DNA of 64,000 nucleotides from Phoronis australis (lineage: Eukaryota; Animalia; Phoronida), in NCBI GenBank assembly GCA_002633005.1, contig NMRA01000262.1:130902-194901 (forward strand), given 5' to 3'. Shown in pieces: positions 49,910-61,800 of the stretch (its first letter is position 1; every line of letters begins with the position of its first letter). The notes beneath the pieces were generated by a model, which saw nothing but the letters and a program-made list of their open reading frames with translations, had not been told where the DNA came from and made no database searches. A program made the translations under genes and the position numbers.

Positions 49910-50456
49910 GAAATTGTGTGGTGCACCTATATCGCGACCAAAGTCAGCAATTTCTGAAGCCGAGCTTGAAGACAATCCACTGTACGAACAAGAACTTGAG
50001 GCTAGCAATGGCTGTAAAAGCCACAAACAGGACTCCCCCTATGAGAACATAGGCAAGTCCAAATCCAGCTGCAAGAACAGTGGTAAGACGTACGAGGAAA
50101 TTGCCGATGGTGGGAGATTGGGTCATGAACAAATCAGAAAGAGTCAGGAAGGAATTCTGGGACATTTTTATGATGAGATTCCTGGTGAAAAAAAGAAAAC
50201 AAATCAAACTCCTGCCGCTTCATGCGGGGACTTATCATCAGTCATAGAACAATTTTATGCTGCTGTGGGTGATGACAATGAACAATCCGTCCCTGCGCCA
50301 CCTGTTGTTTTAGATGATAAAGAGACTAGTGATGGTAATGATAATGATGATGATGATGATGATGAACCAGTGGAATATGCTGTGGTGGACCTGGAGAGAA
50401 AGAGACAGGAGAGAGAAAGAAAGAAAACCGATGTTTGTGAGAATCCCAAGGCATAG
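49910..50456 (+). CDS. Receptor last coding exon: acidic disordered cytoplasmic tail with tyrosine motifs
   Basis: Acceptor ttgttcccag|G, phase 2, in frame with the TM exon; NPLY, YENI, YEEI, YDEI, YAAV, VEYAVV; stop TAG at 50454-50456. The spliced CDS is 1362 nt = 453 aa. Confidence 0.9.
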
Positions 50457-52644
50457 ATACATGCAAGTAAGGACTTTTTATCCTCAAAATCTCATCAAAG
50501 TTGTCAGTTTGGTTGAATGCTGCACCAAAATGTCAGTATTAAAGCTAAATAGCTTCAGTTTGTCTACAAACAAATGTTAGTACTAGTTACATGAGGTTAC
50601 CCTTAGTAAGTTTAGTGAGACATTTAAGTGATGAAATATTTTTACCATTTTTGCCTGCTACTCATATTTCACCAAAGACTTTTCAAAGTGGAAGTGTCAC
50701 AAATCAGTGCATTTTTACTTTGAATTAAAATACGGTCGGTGTATTGCTAATCATGTCAGCGATTATACTGAAACATTAGTTAGGGCGAGTCGATGTACAA
50801 GTTCACACCTCACGAGCCAATTTTATCAAAGATTGGATTTCTAGATGTAACTGAAATCATCGCGTGGATGAAGATAATAGTCAAAACTGCATTGGGGTAT
50901 GCTTGGTCTACTTTGTTGCTAGTGAGGAGTTTTTGTATGAATATTGACTTGCCTGCATATATTATAAATGTGTATTCTGTAATCTGTCTCAGCTTAAATA
51001 ATTGTTCCTTTATGTTTTTGCTCAGCTTGTGTTTTGTTGTATTTTTTCATGGACATTTGATGTCTTGTATTTTGAAAAAAGTCTTCAAAATCCTTCCAAC
51101 ATTTTGTTGGGGGAGTCACTGGTTTGCATGTACTGGTTGGGTGAGGGTGTCACTTTTTATTTTTCAAAAGTTCAAGTTATTGCAGCAGTCAAGTTTCACC
51201 AATCTAGAACACCACATGGTGAACAGGTGAAATTTTATTTCCTCATTTTTGTCAAAAGATCTGTAGCACCAAGTGCTTATTCACCTTGTTTAAGTTCTGT
51301 ACCATAACTCCAGTTGCACAAAGATTTGAAAAATCACAATTATTAGCAATTTTGTTAGAAGAGCTTGAATGAAAAAGGACAATTTTGGCAATTGTTTTTT
51401 AACCAAATTTGTGAGATTGTGGGAAAATAGTCGTTGACAGACTTGCACCACTGTCCACTGATTGTTCTTGTTCCCTAGGCTGCATTGTGTTTATTCTCAC
51501 ACATTGTGTTCATTCTCACACATTTTTGAAATCAACCATCAATCTCAAAAGTTATGTGACCCGGAGATGTAGTGTTTTAGTTGTTGTGGAGAAATGAATT
51601 TGCTGTACAAACCTGTGTGTCCAACCCTGCATGGTTATTAACCATGTTCTCAACTTTCTTCACAGACTGCTCTTCCAAAGCAACAGTAAAATTAGTCGGA
51701 TTATTTGAAAAACAGTTTCCAACAGATATAGTGGTGAATTAGTAAATGAATGAATCAAGGCATTGAGATCATATAAGCAAGAATTGTTAGTCTTCATCTA
51801 TGGAGTGGGTATTAAGACTTTTAAAAACACTTAGTTATAAGTATATGAATGTTTAATTTAGTTATGTGTAGCGCTGTGATATACGCAAAATAGCTTGTTG
51901 CTGACTAAAAACAGCAGCTTTGCCATTACTGTGATTTTCTATTTGCTACCAACAAAATGTGTGTCTCTGAAATTCCACAGACAATAGTCACATGGGTCCT
52001 GCATTTTGAGAACCAGTTTATTGTCTGTTTTTCAGTGGAGAAAACGGGTTCTCAAAATGCAAGTCCCTGTAAGGGACTATTACTATTTGGAGCATTACCC
52101 CCAATGTAGTAAGCCTTGAAATTTTACTACTATTTTGTTCAGACTGTAGAATTTTTACTGTTCTCTGTACAAGAATAGCAATCATCCTATACTGTACTGC
52201 AGTTGTTGAGATATTTGGAAATGACCAGTTAGTCATTAAGAATGAAAAATGACTTATCATGACTTATCACGGAGAAAGGGTCTTTAGACCTTTTAGCATG
52301 TTACTCTTTCTTTATCTTTCTCTGATGTATACTTACTATTCCTATTGTTATAAACTGGGACCAAAATAGATCCATTTGTTGATTATTTTGAGAGAAAGAA
52401 TCCAAATGGTATTTTTTTATTATTTTGTTTGAATTCTGATTTAGTAAAGTGAAGATATCTTTTTTAACTTGCATTAAAGTGCTGAGTTTTTTAGCTATTT
52501 TTTAGTTTCATATGTTAAGTTAAATCTTTTTGTGCTTCTGTGACCTCTGTTAGCAAATGTATTTACATAAGGCAGATCTGTATCTGAAAATATATCTGGG
52601 ACTGACACCTGTTTTATAAAAGATCCAAATCTGATCATAGGCAG

Positions 52645-54711
52645 TTATGTGTGCCCACATATTTATATGTGAGTGCGTTATGCCGTCTTCCCTGTCCATC
52701 CATTCATTGGTCTGTCCGGCTTCCCCTGCTATATTTCCAAAACAGCTTGATGTATGTTCATGAAATTTTGCACATATGTTCCTTTTAGGGATGAGATGGC
52801 ATGAGCAAACTTTCGGACAGATCCGACTGCCGGTGAGCCCCCTAGTGGAAATGTAATTTTTACGTTTACTTCTGTATCATCAAAGATCCTCAATGTATTT
52901 TCATAGAAATTGCCAAATAGGCATCTATTAGTGAGATGACGCTATCCTCTTGTTTTCTAATGGATTTGAGGTATTTTGTGCCACCTAGTGGCCATTTTTA
53001 CTGTTTTCTAGTCTGTGACTATGATTTTCCCACGACTTTGACTACTGGGGCAGCTCCTAGTGGCAGTTTTGTTTTCTTTTTGCACCCACATGGCTGTATC
53101 TCCTAGACCCTCTGCAGGATCTATTGAATTTTGCAAGTGTATTTATATGAAGTTGACAACGAATGACGTCTACTTTCGGACAGATTCGACGAACGCTGTG
53201 CCCCCTAGTGGCAATTTCATTTTTTCTGTTTTCCTTTTTTCTCTGAAGTTCCTTGGCGGATTTTTTGTGAAATTTAGTAAATAGCTTCCTATTAAAAATG
53301 ATGACATATTCTTATTTTTGGATGCATTCAACATATTTTTCGCAATCTAGTGGTAACTTTTTTCTGTTTTCTAGTTTGTTTTTGGGGTCTGTCTCTTTAT
53401 CACTCTAAGGAAGATTGTTTTCCAGTTTGTTTTGGGGGTCTGCCTCTTTATCACTCTAAGGACGATTTTGAAAATTAGTGGTTATGTTTCTACTGTGATG
53501 GGGACTGCTGATGATGATTTGTTGACCACTCATACTACTGTGGCGCCTCCTGTTGGCAGTTTTTGCGTCCATGGCTCAGTATCTCCCAAACCCTCTGCAA
53601 GATCTTTATTAAATTAGGCATGTTTATTGATATGAAGTTGACAACGAACAGTGACAACATTGGACAGATCCGACAATTGCTGTGCCCCCCCCCATAGTGG
53701 CAATTTTTTGGCTGTCCTCTTTATCTTTGAAACTTCTTGATTTTTATGAAGTTTATTAAATAGGTTTCTATTAAAGAGTTGTCAGGTTTTTAGATAGATT
53801 GGATATAGCAGCCATTTTTAATGCCATGAAATTTTGCAAATAGGTTTCTAGTTAGGAGATGACGATGCCTTCTCATTTTCAGGCGGATTTGACCTATTCT
53901 GCGCCACCAGGTGCTCATTTCAAACATTTTGTTTGGCCCCTAGTGGCAATTTTATTTTTTGGCATCCACGACTGTATCATCCTTTATTCTTTGCAAGGTG
54001 TGTTCCTACGGCAACAGAGGTTATGAGTTTCAGACCAATCCAACTACAGCTGTGCTCCTTAGTGGCAATTTTAATTTTCACGTTTGCCTCTGTAATTTAC
54101 TAGAGTTCCTTGGTGCGTTTTCATAAAATTTGGCAAACATGTTTATTGTGAAGATAGCACTTTTCCTTTTTATGATGGATTCAATACATTCGGCTCCAAC
54201 TATTGGCCATTTTAATTATTTTTCAATCTGTTTTTGTCGTCTGATTTTGTATCTGCCAAACCGTACAGAGAATCATTATGAAAACTGGGAGATGTGTTCC
54301 TACTGACAAGAGCTTGACTGACGTGGGTTTTCAAACGGGTTCAATTACTGTTGTGCCCCCTAGTGACACTTTTTCGCATTTACGGTTGTATATCCTAAAA
54401 CCTTAGCAAGATGTTTTTGAAATTTTGAAGTTGTTTAATCTGATCATCGTGACAGCAGATGGACGGATTACGTCAGTGGTTCCTAATGGCAGTTTTTTTA
54501 CGTTTGCCTTTGTATCTTTGGAGTTCTTTTACAGATTTCCATGAAATTTTTCGAATTGTTCTGAGGAGCCACGGTACCTTGCCATATTTGGATGGGTTCA
54601 ATGTATTCTGTGCCAGCTAATGGCCTTTTATGATTCAAGCAAACACCCCTAGAAGCAGACTGTTTGCGGTGCAGTCATGGGCGCATTTCAACCCTCAGCG
54701 TTGCTCTTGTT
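52645..54711 (+). mobile_element. Helentron/DINE-1-like element, long copy with ~13 diverged monomers
   Basis: 5' tgcccacatatttatatgtg; repeated ...cctagtggc monomers; 3' atgggcgcat + caaccctcagcgttg + ctcttgtt. Confidence 0.7.
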
Positions 54712-55864
54712 AGAAGAAGGTTTATGTTGCACCTGGCGTAAATTAAAAAATTTGATATCCAAACTTAATGACCGCCTTCAGGAACCGCTTTAAGAAGTAT
54801 GTGTAAGTCAGAATTGGCTGCAAAGACCGGACTTTTGACCTTTGATAAAACTGGTCCCTAATGTTCGTTTTCCTTACACATTTTTTGTTACCGATTTTCA
54901 TTGGACTGAGACATTTACATTCACCGTTCTCGGGTTCAGTGAAAATGAAACATTTTCTTTCTGTTTCAGTTTGTCTGCTTTTCACCGCTCGCGTGAAATG
55001 GCTAGCTGCAACATGTTTGTTTGGCTCTCATTTGATAGCGTGACGTCAACCTTTTCAGTTTTACTTTCTTAGTTCACAAGAATTCAGTGAAAACGGCATT
55101 TTTAAAAAATACACTGAAGAACGTTTTCAAAAAGTTGCGTTTGGTGTTCTATGACCACTGAATATTCGGTCGTGTGGACAGAGATGTTCAAATAAAGGAA
55201 ATGTTACGTCTTCAAATGAAACCATTATGGGCGTGTGAACGCATCCTTGTTCTTCTGCTGAATGTAGAGCCATAGTGTCGTTATGGAAGTGAAATCGACG
55301 TGTGACGTTGCCACTGTTTTTTTTTGCGCTGACATACCGGTAAAAACATTGAAGCATTTAAAATGGCGAAAGTCAATTAGAGAGTCTATTTTTATATTGT
55401 ATTCGTGTAATGTTTCAATAAACTTCTTTATAGTGAATGCATTGTTTTTGATTGTTCCTGTTCCTGCCCCCCCCCNCCCCCCCTCCTCAGTCCCCCTATT
55501 GACTGTGTTCGTGTTTGAGTGGTCTTGCCGATTTACTATCAATTAAGCCATTAACCTTGTGCTGTAGTTCTTCTACACAAGTATAGAGTTTCGTTTACTT
55601 AGCTCGATTCTGATATTGCTGTTAAGCAAAGTTTATTTTGTGTTTTCAGTAACGCCAAAATCAATATTTAATCAATTAATAGTCCCATTTAAATTCAGTG
55701 TAAATGGTTCAATACACGCAGTCTAGTTGTTCGCAAATTGCTGGCGTAGAATATGGTTCCCGGCTTCGTGCCAAAGCGGAGAAAATTCAAGTCACAAGTT
55801 TTCTATTTAAGAATAAACTCTCTGCAGGATCAACAGCTGTACACAAAACCAGAATTTAGCACAG

Positions 55865-56337
55865 CAGGGCGTACAATTTTTCATGTCAGGACCGAAAATT
55901 TATTACGCCAAGACCGAAATTTTAACTTTTGAGGACATAATTTATCATGCCAGAACATAAAATGCCATGCTAAGACAAAATTTCATCCCAGGAGACCACG
56001 TGGCCCTCTGCAACCGCGAGTAAGATTAACGGGAGCGTCTGTTGTGACACGTGGAAAAAACAAATTCAACCTCGTCACGATAATGCAAATGTCCTCGGCG
56101 ATACATTGTTGAATCTTAGCCTTTGTGTACTTAGTACTGACGTCATTTCTTTGAGGGGTAACGTGATTGTGGGTGGCCACTTGACCTCCTGGCATGAAAT
56201 TTTGTCCTAGCATGAAGTTTTATGTCATGGCGTGTTAAATTATGTCCTCGAGTGATAAATTGTTGGTCCTAACATCATAAATTGTAAATGCTGGCGTGAT
56301 AAATTGTGGGCCCTGGCGTGATCAATTGTGGGCCCTA
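55865..56337. mobile_element. ~470-bp fold-back MITE with short subterminal repeats
   Basis: Ends cagggcgtacaatt / aattgtgggcccta; aatttat(c/t)a(c/t)gcca repeats mirrored by tggcgtgataaatt. Confidence 0.65.
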
Positions 56338-57801
56338 GAGTGTTATCAATTTTGGGTCCTGGCCGAACTTTGTTCTTGAATTGTTTTTAGTCTTACAGGT
56401 TTTAGACTATTTTTATTTCTTGAGTAAGTGAAAATTCTAGTTTTGAGCTCTTTTTGTTGGTCCTGCAGGGTAAAAAGTAATGTTTTGAAATTTTCTTCAG
56501 TGATAGTGATGAAATATAATGAACACAAATGTTCCTTTTGGAATTAACAACACATATTCATCTACAAAACCTAATTTTGATTCTAGTGAAATACATCATA
56601 TTCTGTCAAGTTTGGGGGGGGGCGCTTTATAATGTATTTCTGCTTTTGTGAATATTTCAAACCAGTATTATCTCACAGAAAATAGCAAGTTTGATAGATT
56701 TAGAAATTGATTGGGTTAAAATTTGCTAATGTTATTGAAATTTTTAAATTAAGCGACCATCGAGTGAGTGTGTACGTGTCTGTGTAATTGTAATTTACAT
56801 TGTAATATTACTTATAGATAATAAATATATACTAAAGTAATAATAATGTTTTGATCTGTTTTTAATTATTGAATAGAAAATTTCGTGTCCTGTAATTTTT
56901 TCCGCTTCGGCTTTCTATAACTAAGATAATGAGAATTCTGCATTGGGAGTCACAGTTATTTCACACGCTGCACGTTGGTCACACACTGCCCGTTAGGCTG
57001 TTATAACATATTGTCGCATCCGATATGTGTTTGTCGAGCTGTGCTGACCATTTTCTGCCTTCGTCGCCATGTAGGCCAAACTAAACTCCTTGGCATGCGC
57101 AAAACATTTTTAGGGTTGTAAGATATGATTTCGTTTGAACTAATCTGGCTGTGAAAACACAGAGCTCGTTTTGTGAAAGATCACAGAATATCGTGATCCA
57201 CACAGGCATGTGGTTGTTGACGCGTCGCTGTTTTGAGAGGAACATTAGATGATGACAGTGTGTTGTGCAGAGGTCAGTTTTTAAAAAAATCTAAAATACA
57301 GCAGTTTAAGCAGGCACGCTTGGGTGTGCGACTTTTGATAGAACGGGCCCCTAATGCATCGAAGTAATGATTTAGGTACAACATTTTATTTCGATCGTTA
57401 ACTTGATTATGTTTTGCTATTAACTTAAAATATTGTTGTGAAAGCTGAGGTGTCTGATATTCACACTCACGGCTTAGAACGAGCAACAGATTTTCAAACA
57501 TGGTCATTGATCTAGTGTTAGAGAATTTGTTCCGGCTGTCGACAGCAGTTTCTCTACAAGTACATTCGCTTTCCTCGTTTTACAATTCGGATCCTAACCT
57601 AACAATAGATTTAGAAATCAAGAACGCGTCTTATCCTCTTGAGACGAGGATGTCGCAAATCACAACAAATTTCAAAAGAACTATGACTTCGTGTGTAGGC
57701 CTATACCATAAAACAAATTGATTAACAAATTAAATCTTAGGTCCCCGACATTGGATACTAAGAATATTGCATGATTCCAAATTTATTGGACATATATTAG
57801 C

Positions 57802-58899
57802 TTACTTATAGTCGTGTCTTATTCTTAGATATCGGCAATCCTTCATGTCTTCCCAATCCGCGTCATTCAGTGTTGCATGAGCGCTCATCTCTTCAGGTGG
57901 AAATTCACGATCTAACTGATATTCGTGCAGCCGCCGAAAAACGCTCCTGATCACCCGTTGAAATTTGATGGACGCCTGCTTTCTGGCAAACTGAGTTGAT
58001 ACTTCGTCAGCAGATGAACCAAATATACACTTAGGGTTCAATTCCGATTCGCAGAGCATTGATGACAAGCCGTCTCCCAACGCATCGAGTTTCGATCGAC
58101 GGTGTTTCTCTACTAGTTGCCTAGCTACAGAGCTTGCTGCTGTCTTTTCGTGTTGCGACTCCTCATGATCCGAATTATATTTCTTTAAATTTAAATCAGA
58201 TTCTGCAAATTCCAATCCACTCACAGAGTCATTTTTCTTGTTTTCCACTGCGGAATCTCCCACGCTATCGTCATTTTTTTCGTTAAGATCGTCTGCCAAT
58301 ACGCCCTTCATGCCATTCTTAGTGTCTGTGTCAGATTTTCCCGCCATTTGTTCTTTGTCGCCACAGATACCTTGACATTTGTCAGGAATTTCGTCCAAAC
58401 TATCGGCAAATGTCACTCGTTTTCCTGGTGATTTTGAACAGATATCAACAGATAATCTCGGTAATGTGTTACTTCGAAGTAAACTTTTTGTCGGTTTTAG
58501 TACAACTTGACTGCGCGATCTCTTCAACTTTTTCTCATGAGCAGATGATTTGTTCGTCTGCTTCATCGACTCTCCATCTTCCTGTCGAGGAGCAATTGGT
58601 GTCAACTTTTCTCTTCTAAGCGTCCTCGGTGAATAGACGGAATTGTTATCTCCAACTTCAAAACTTGAACTTTTTGACGACGGAATTCCACAGCGCGGGG
58701 AGAACCCATGGTCGTGGTTTTTATCAACGACAATGGGAGGTAGATGTGCTGCGTACTTTTTTTCAAATTTCGCCTGAGATTTGCTTAAATTATCTAGCGC
58801 AGTATTAGATTGGTTTGACAGTCTCGTCAAAGTGTTCTGCAACACCCGGTCCTCTTGTGTATTTTGCACACGTAATCTCCTGAGTCTCGGAGAATCCAT
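57802..58899 (-). CDS. Uncharacterized 365-aa protein: N-terminal coiled coil, disordered middle, C-terminal CRYLR motif (weakly CCDC190-like architecture)
   Basis: 1.2-kb open frame in AT-rich DNA; first ATG at 58899 (gtgATGG); AATAAA on the minus strand at 57782-57787, just after the stop; no TE motifs. Confidence 0.82.
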   Translation of the reverse strand: MDSPRLRRLRVQNTQEDRVLQNTLTRLSNQSNTALDNLSKSQAKFEKKYAAHLPPIVVDKNHDHGFSPRCGIPSSKSSSFEVGDNNSVYSPRTLRREKLTPIAPRQEDGESMKQTNKSSAHEKKLKRSRSQVVLKPTKSLLRSNTLPRLSVDICSKSPGKRVTFADSLDEIPDKCQGICGDKEQMAGKSDTDTKNGMKGVLADDLNEKNDDSVGDSAVENKKNDSVSGLEFAESDLNLKKYNSDHEESQHEKTAASSVARQLVEKHRRSKLDALGDGLSSMLCESELNPKCIFGSSADEVSTQFARKQASIKFQRVIRSVFRRLHEYQLDREFPPEEMSAHATLNDADWEDMKDCRYLRIRHDYK

Positions 58900-61800
58900 C
58901 ACACGAAATCTGTATTCCACATCTTCACACAAATTTGTAAACGAAAAAATGTTACCAAGGAATCTCTTCGTGGAATATTTGTTCTCGAAATTCTCGTCGT
59001 TTCTCACTGAGAGACCAGCTACAGCGCTACCTCATTTTGTTCAGCGAGTTGTCTATTAACAACGGCTTCTTATCTGAATTCTGTACTAATCGTTTTAGCT
59101 TCAAATCCTAAGTCGATTAATTTATGTCCAAACACCTGTGACGAAACCATTGCTTTACGTAACAAAAATAAACTCTTGACCGAGATGGCTACAAGCATTT
59201 GAGTTCCTCCCTAAGGTCGACGATTCGTCAGTGTCCGGTCCGTCGTCAGGTCAACTGAGGTTCAACTAAAGTCAGTTTGCCCTACGGTATTGCCCGCCCA
59301 CAGTCTACCAAACATTTTCTGTACCTGACCTTGAGAAGCGCGGCGAACTTTAATGAGCAATAACAAGAAAACAATAACTCACGCACGTTGTTAGCTTGCT
59401 CGCATTCAAGTTTCCGGAGCAAGGCATGCGGGCTTTACTTGGAACAATGAAACTTGTTCAGTTGTTTGGATCTAATTAATTTTCATAAAAAAACTGAGTC
59501 AACCATCACATTAACGCTGTTTTAGCGATATTCCTTCACTTCACCGTCGATTGATCATTAAATCTTATGAGATTTCAATAAATGAAGTGCCACAGATGAA
59601 TGCGAGCGCGCGTGGTTTGAAGATTTACGGAAAATTGTTGACTGTTTTGGCCATTCAAGAAATGACGTCATTGAAAAATAGTAGATAGAAAGAATTGCAC
59701 ATTAAATCGCTAAACAAACGCGGTGTTCTGACTTGGTGACAGCGATATATTTCGGCGTATTTTAGGCCCTATTTACGAAACTTAGACTTAATACTAAAGA
59801 GTGGTGATTTCCTGATATACCAGATGTGTCAACTACAGTAACGAAAGAAGTAAGCATACCTTTGGTTGTGACTCAAGGAGTTAAAATTCATACATACATG
59901 GTTCGATTAGGAAATGTCTGGTATTGCTACACATCTGAGTTCTTTTTTGTTTTTTTGACTTACGGTGAAAGATGAATGTAAGACAAAATATTGTCAAAAA
60001 GAGAACTTCACAAAACAGATTATTTAAGTAGTCGTCCTGACTTTCAGAAAGATGGCTTTATGTTTGAATGTCGTAGTTCGGTACCACTGACGATTTACAT
60101 TAAAACAGCGAATATCTCAAATTTGTCTCTGCAAAGTTAATCTTGTCAGGACAGCTTTTAACGAAAAATGAAGTCACGACATCTATTAGAAGCGAGCAGC
60201 CCAATTTTGTATGCGTTGGCCAACTTCGTGCCAAGGTATGGCCTTTTGACATTCTATCTACTTCCAGACTTCGTAAAATGGTAGGTTTAGGAATAGAAAT
60301 ATTTTTTATTGTGGTGTGAAGTGAACAGGTTAGATTGTAAGAGGCATGAATACAAAGGTAAGCCCCTTTATAGTAAAACACAGCCATTTAAAACTAATGC
60401 TGATTAAATGTTTATATAAAAACTCACATCTACGTGATCTATTGATGGGCTCCCTAAACAATCGAGATAACATTTCACACTTTGTAAGGCAGTAGGCCTA
60501 CGTCAGGCTACACTGCTAAAACCACTCATTTTGTTGCATTTATTTTGACTAGTGTTTTTCTTTTTTAAGTCAGACCGAATTTTCTGTCACCATAGTAATC
60601 TATGAACTTGTCAGGAAGTTATGAGTGAATTATTGATAAAACAGTGACTGAAGACACACAGACACCTTTACCCCTTTCCAGTTTTCGTAACCTGTCTTGC
60701 ATTTCAGCAAGAGTGAAATGGCTCAGAATGCAAGACCGAATAAAACTTGTGTGTTCATCTGTTAGTGTACAGCTCTTGGTGTGTAATGGCTCAAAACGTT
60801 CCATTACTTGCATACGGCTTTTGACGGAGTGAAGAAAACATGCGCGCACCCAGCCTAAAAAATGGGGGGCTTAAATTTTTGAGAATTTGGACCTTTTACT
60901 AAGATTCGGCAGGGGGTACCTTTAAAGCTACGAACGGTGCATTCGTCGATTTTTGGTAGTTCCTGGCTCTTTAGTGGACTTTGGTCTCGTCCTCTATTTT
61001 CTTCTGAGTTTTTGTTTCTCTGAGGGGGACCTTTTTGCCCACTTCGCCAAATGGGGAGCTCGTTCGAGTTCCCCTCCCCCCTCCCCCCAGGTACGATAAG
61101 GTACTCCTTAAAATGTATTTAATAATTATATGTTTCCATAGCTTGCTTTACAAATTTCTCTACTGTGAGAAGCACTGATGATTCGAAATTCTATAACCTT
61201 TCTTAACCTTTGACTTCAAAACTCGAGTTCACAAATCGATTTCACTTTTATTCGCTCAATCGCATATAGTATGTACGTGGGCCTCTCCGATCGTCTGCCT
61301 GTCCGTCAGTCTGGTGTCTGCTGCTGTATACCTATGCTAAAACCCATTGATGGATATTCGTAAATCGCAGACATGCTGCTGCACTGACGAGCAAACTATT
61401 TTCTAATGGATTCGACTTCCACTGTCTCCCGCTAGTAACGTTTTTACGTTTGCTTTCTGTTTCTACTGAGTTCCTTGGCGGATTTTCATGAAATTTGGCA
61501 AATAGTTAAGTTCTGTTATGGCGAACACACCATCTTGCCATTTCTCGCGGATACATTCTGTGCCCAAGTGGTCGTTCTTGTTATTCTCACATTTTTTTGG
61601 AGTTCAACTCACCACTCGTACGATCCGCCTAAAGCATGAAAGATCATCTACAGCAGTTTTGATATGTATGGTCTTAATTGTTGACGACGAAAGTACGGCT
61701 GACAGATCGTCCATCCTTTTGGCTAAGAGTCTCAGTGACTACTTTGGCATTCCCTAATGGCAGTTTCTCTTTACTTTAGGTATATACCCTTCAATAGATG

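Noticed and set aside
50040-50102. ITAM formed by YENI...YEEI
   Set aside because: The 13-residue spacer exceeds the usual 6-12, so these are treated as separate SH2-type sites.
58900-59007. 36-aa N-terminal extension of the 401-aa ORF
   Set aside because: It starts at GTG, which is unlikely in an animal; the first ATG is at 58899.
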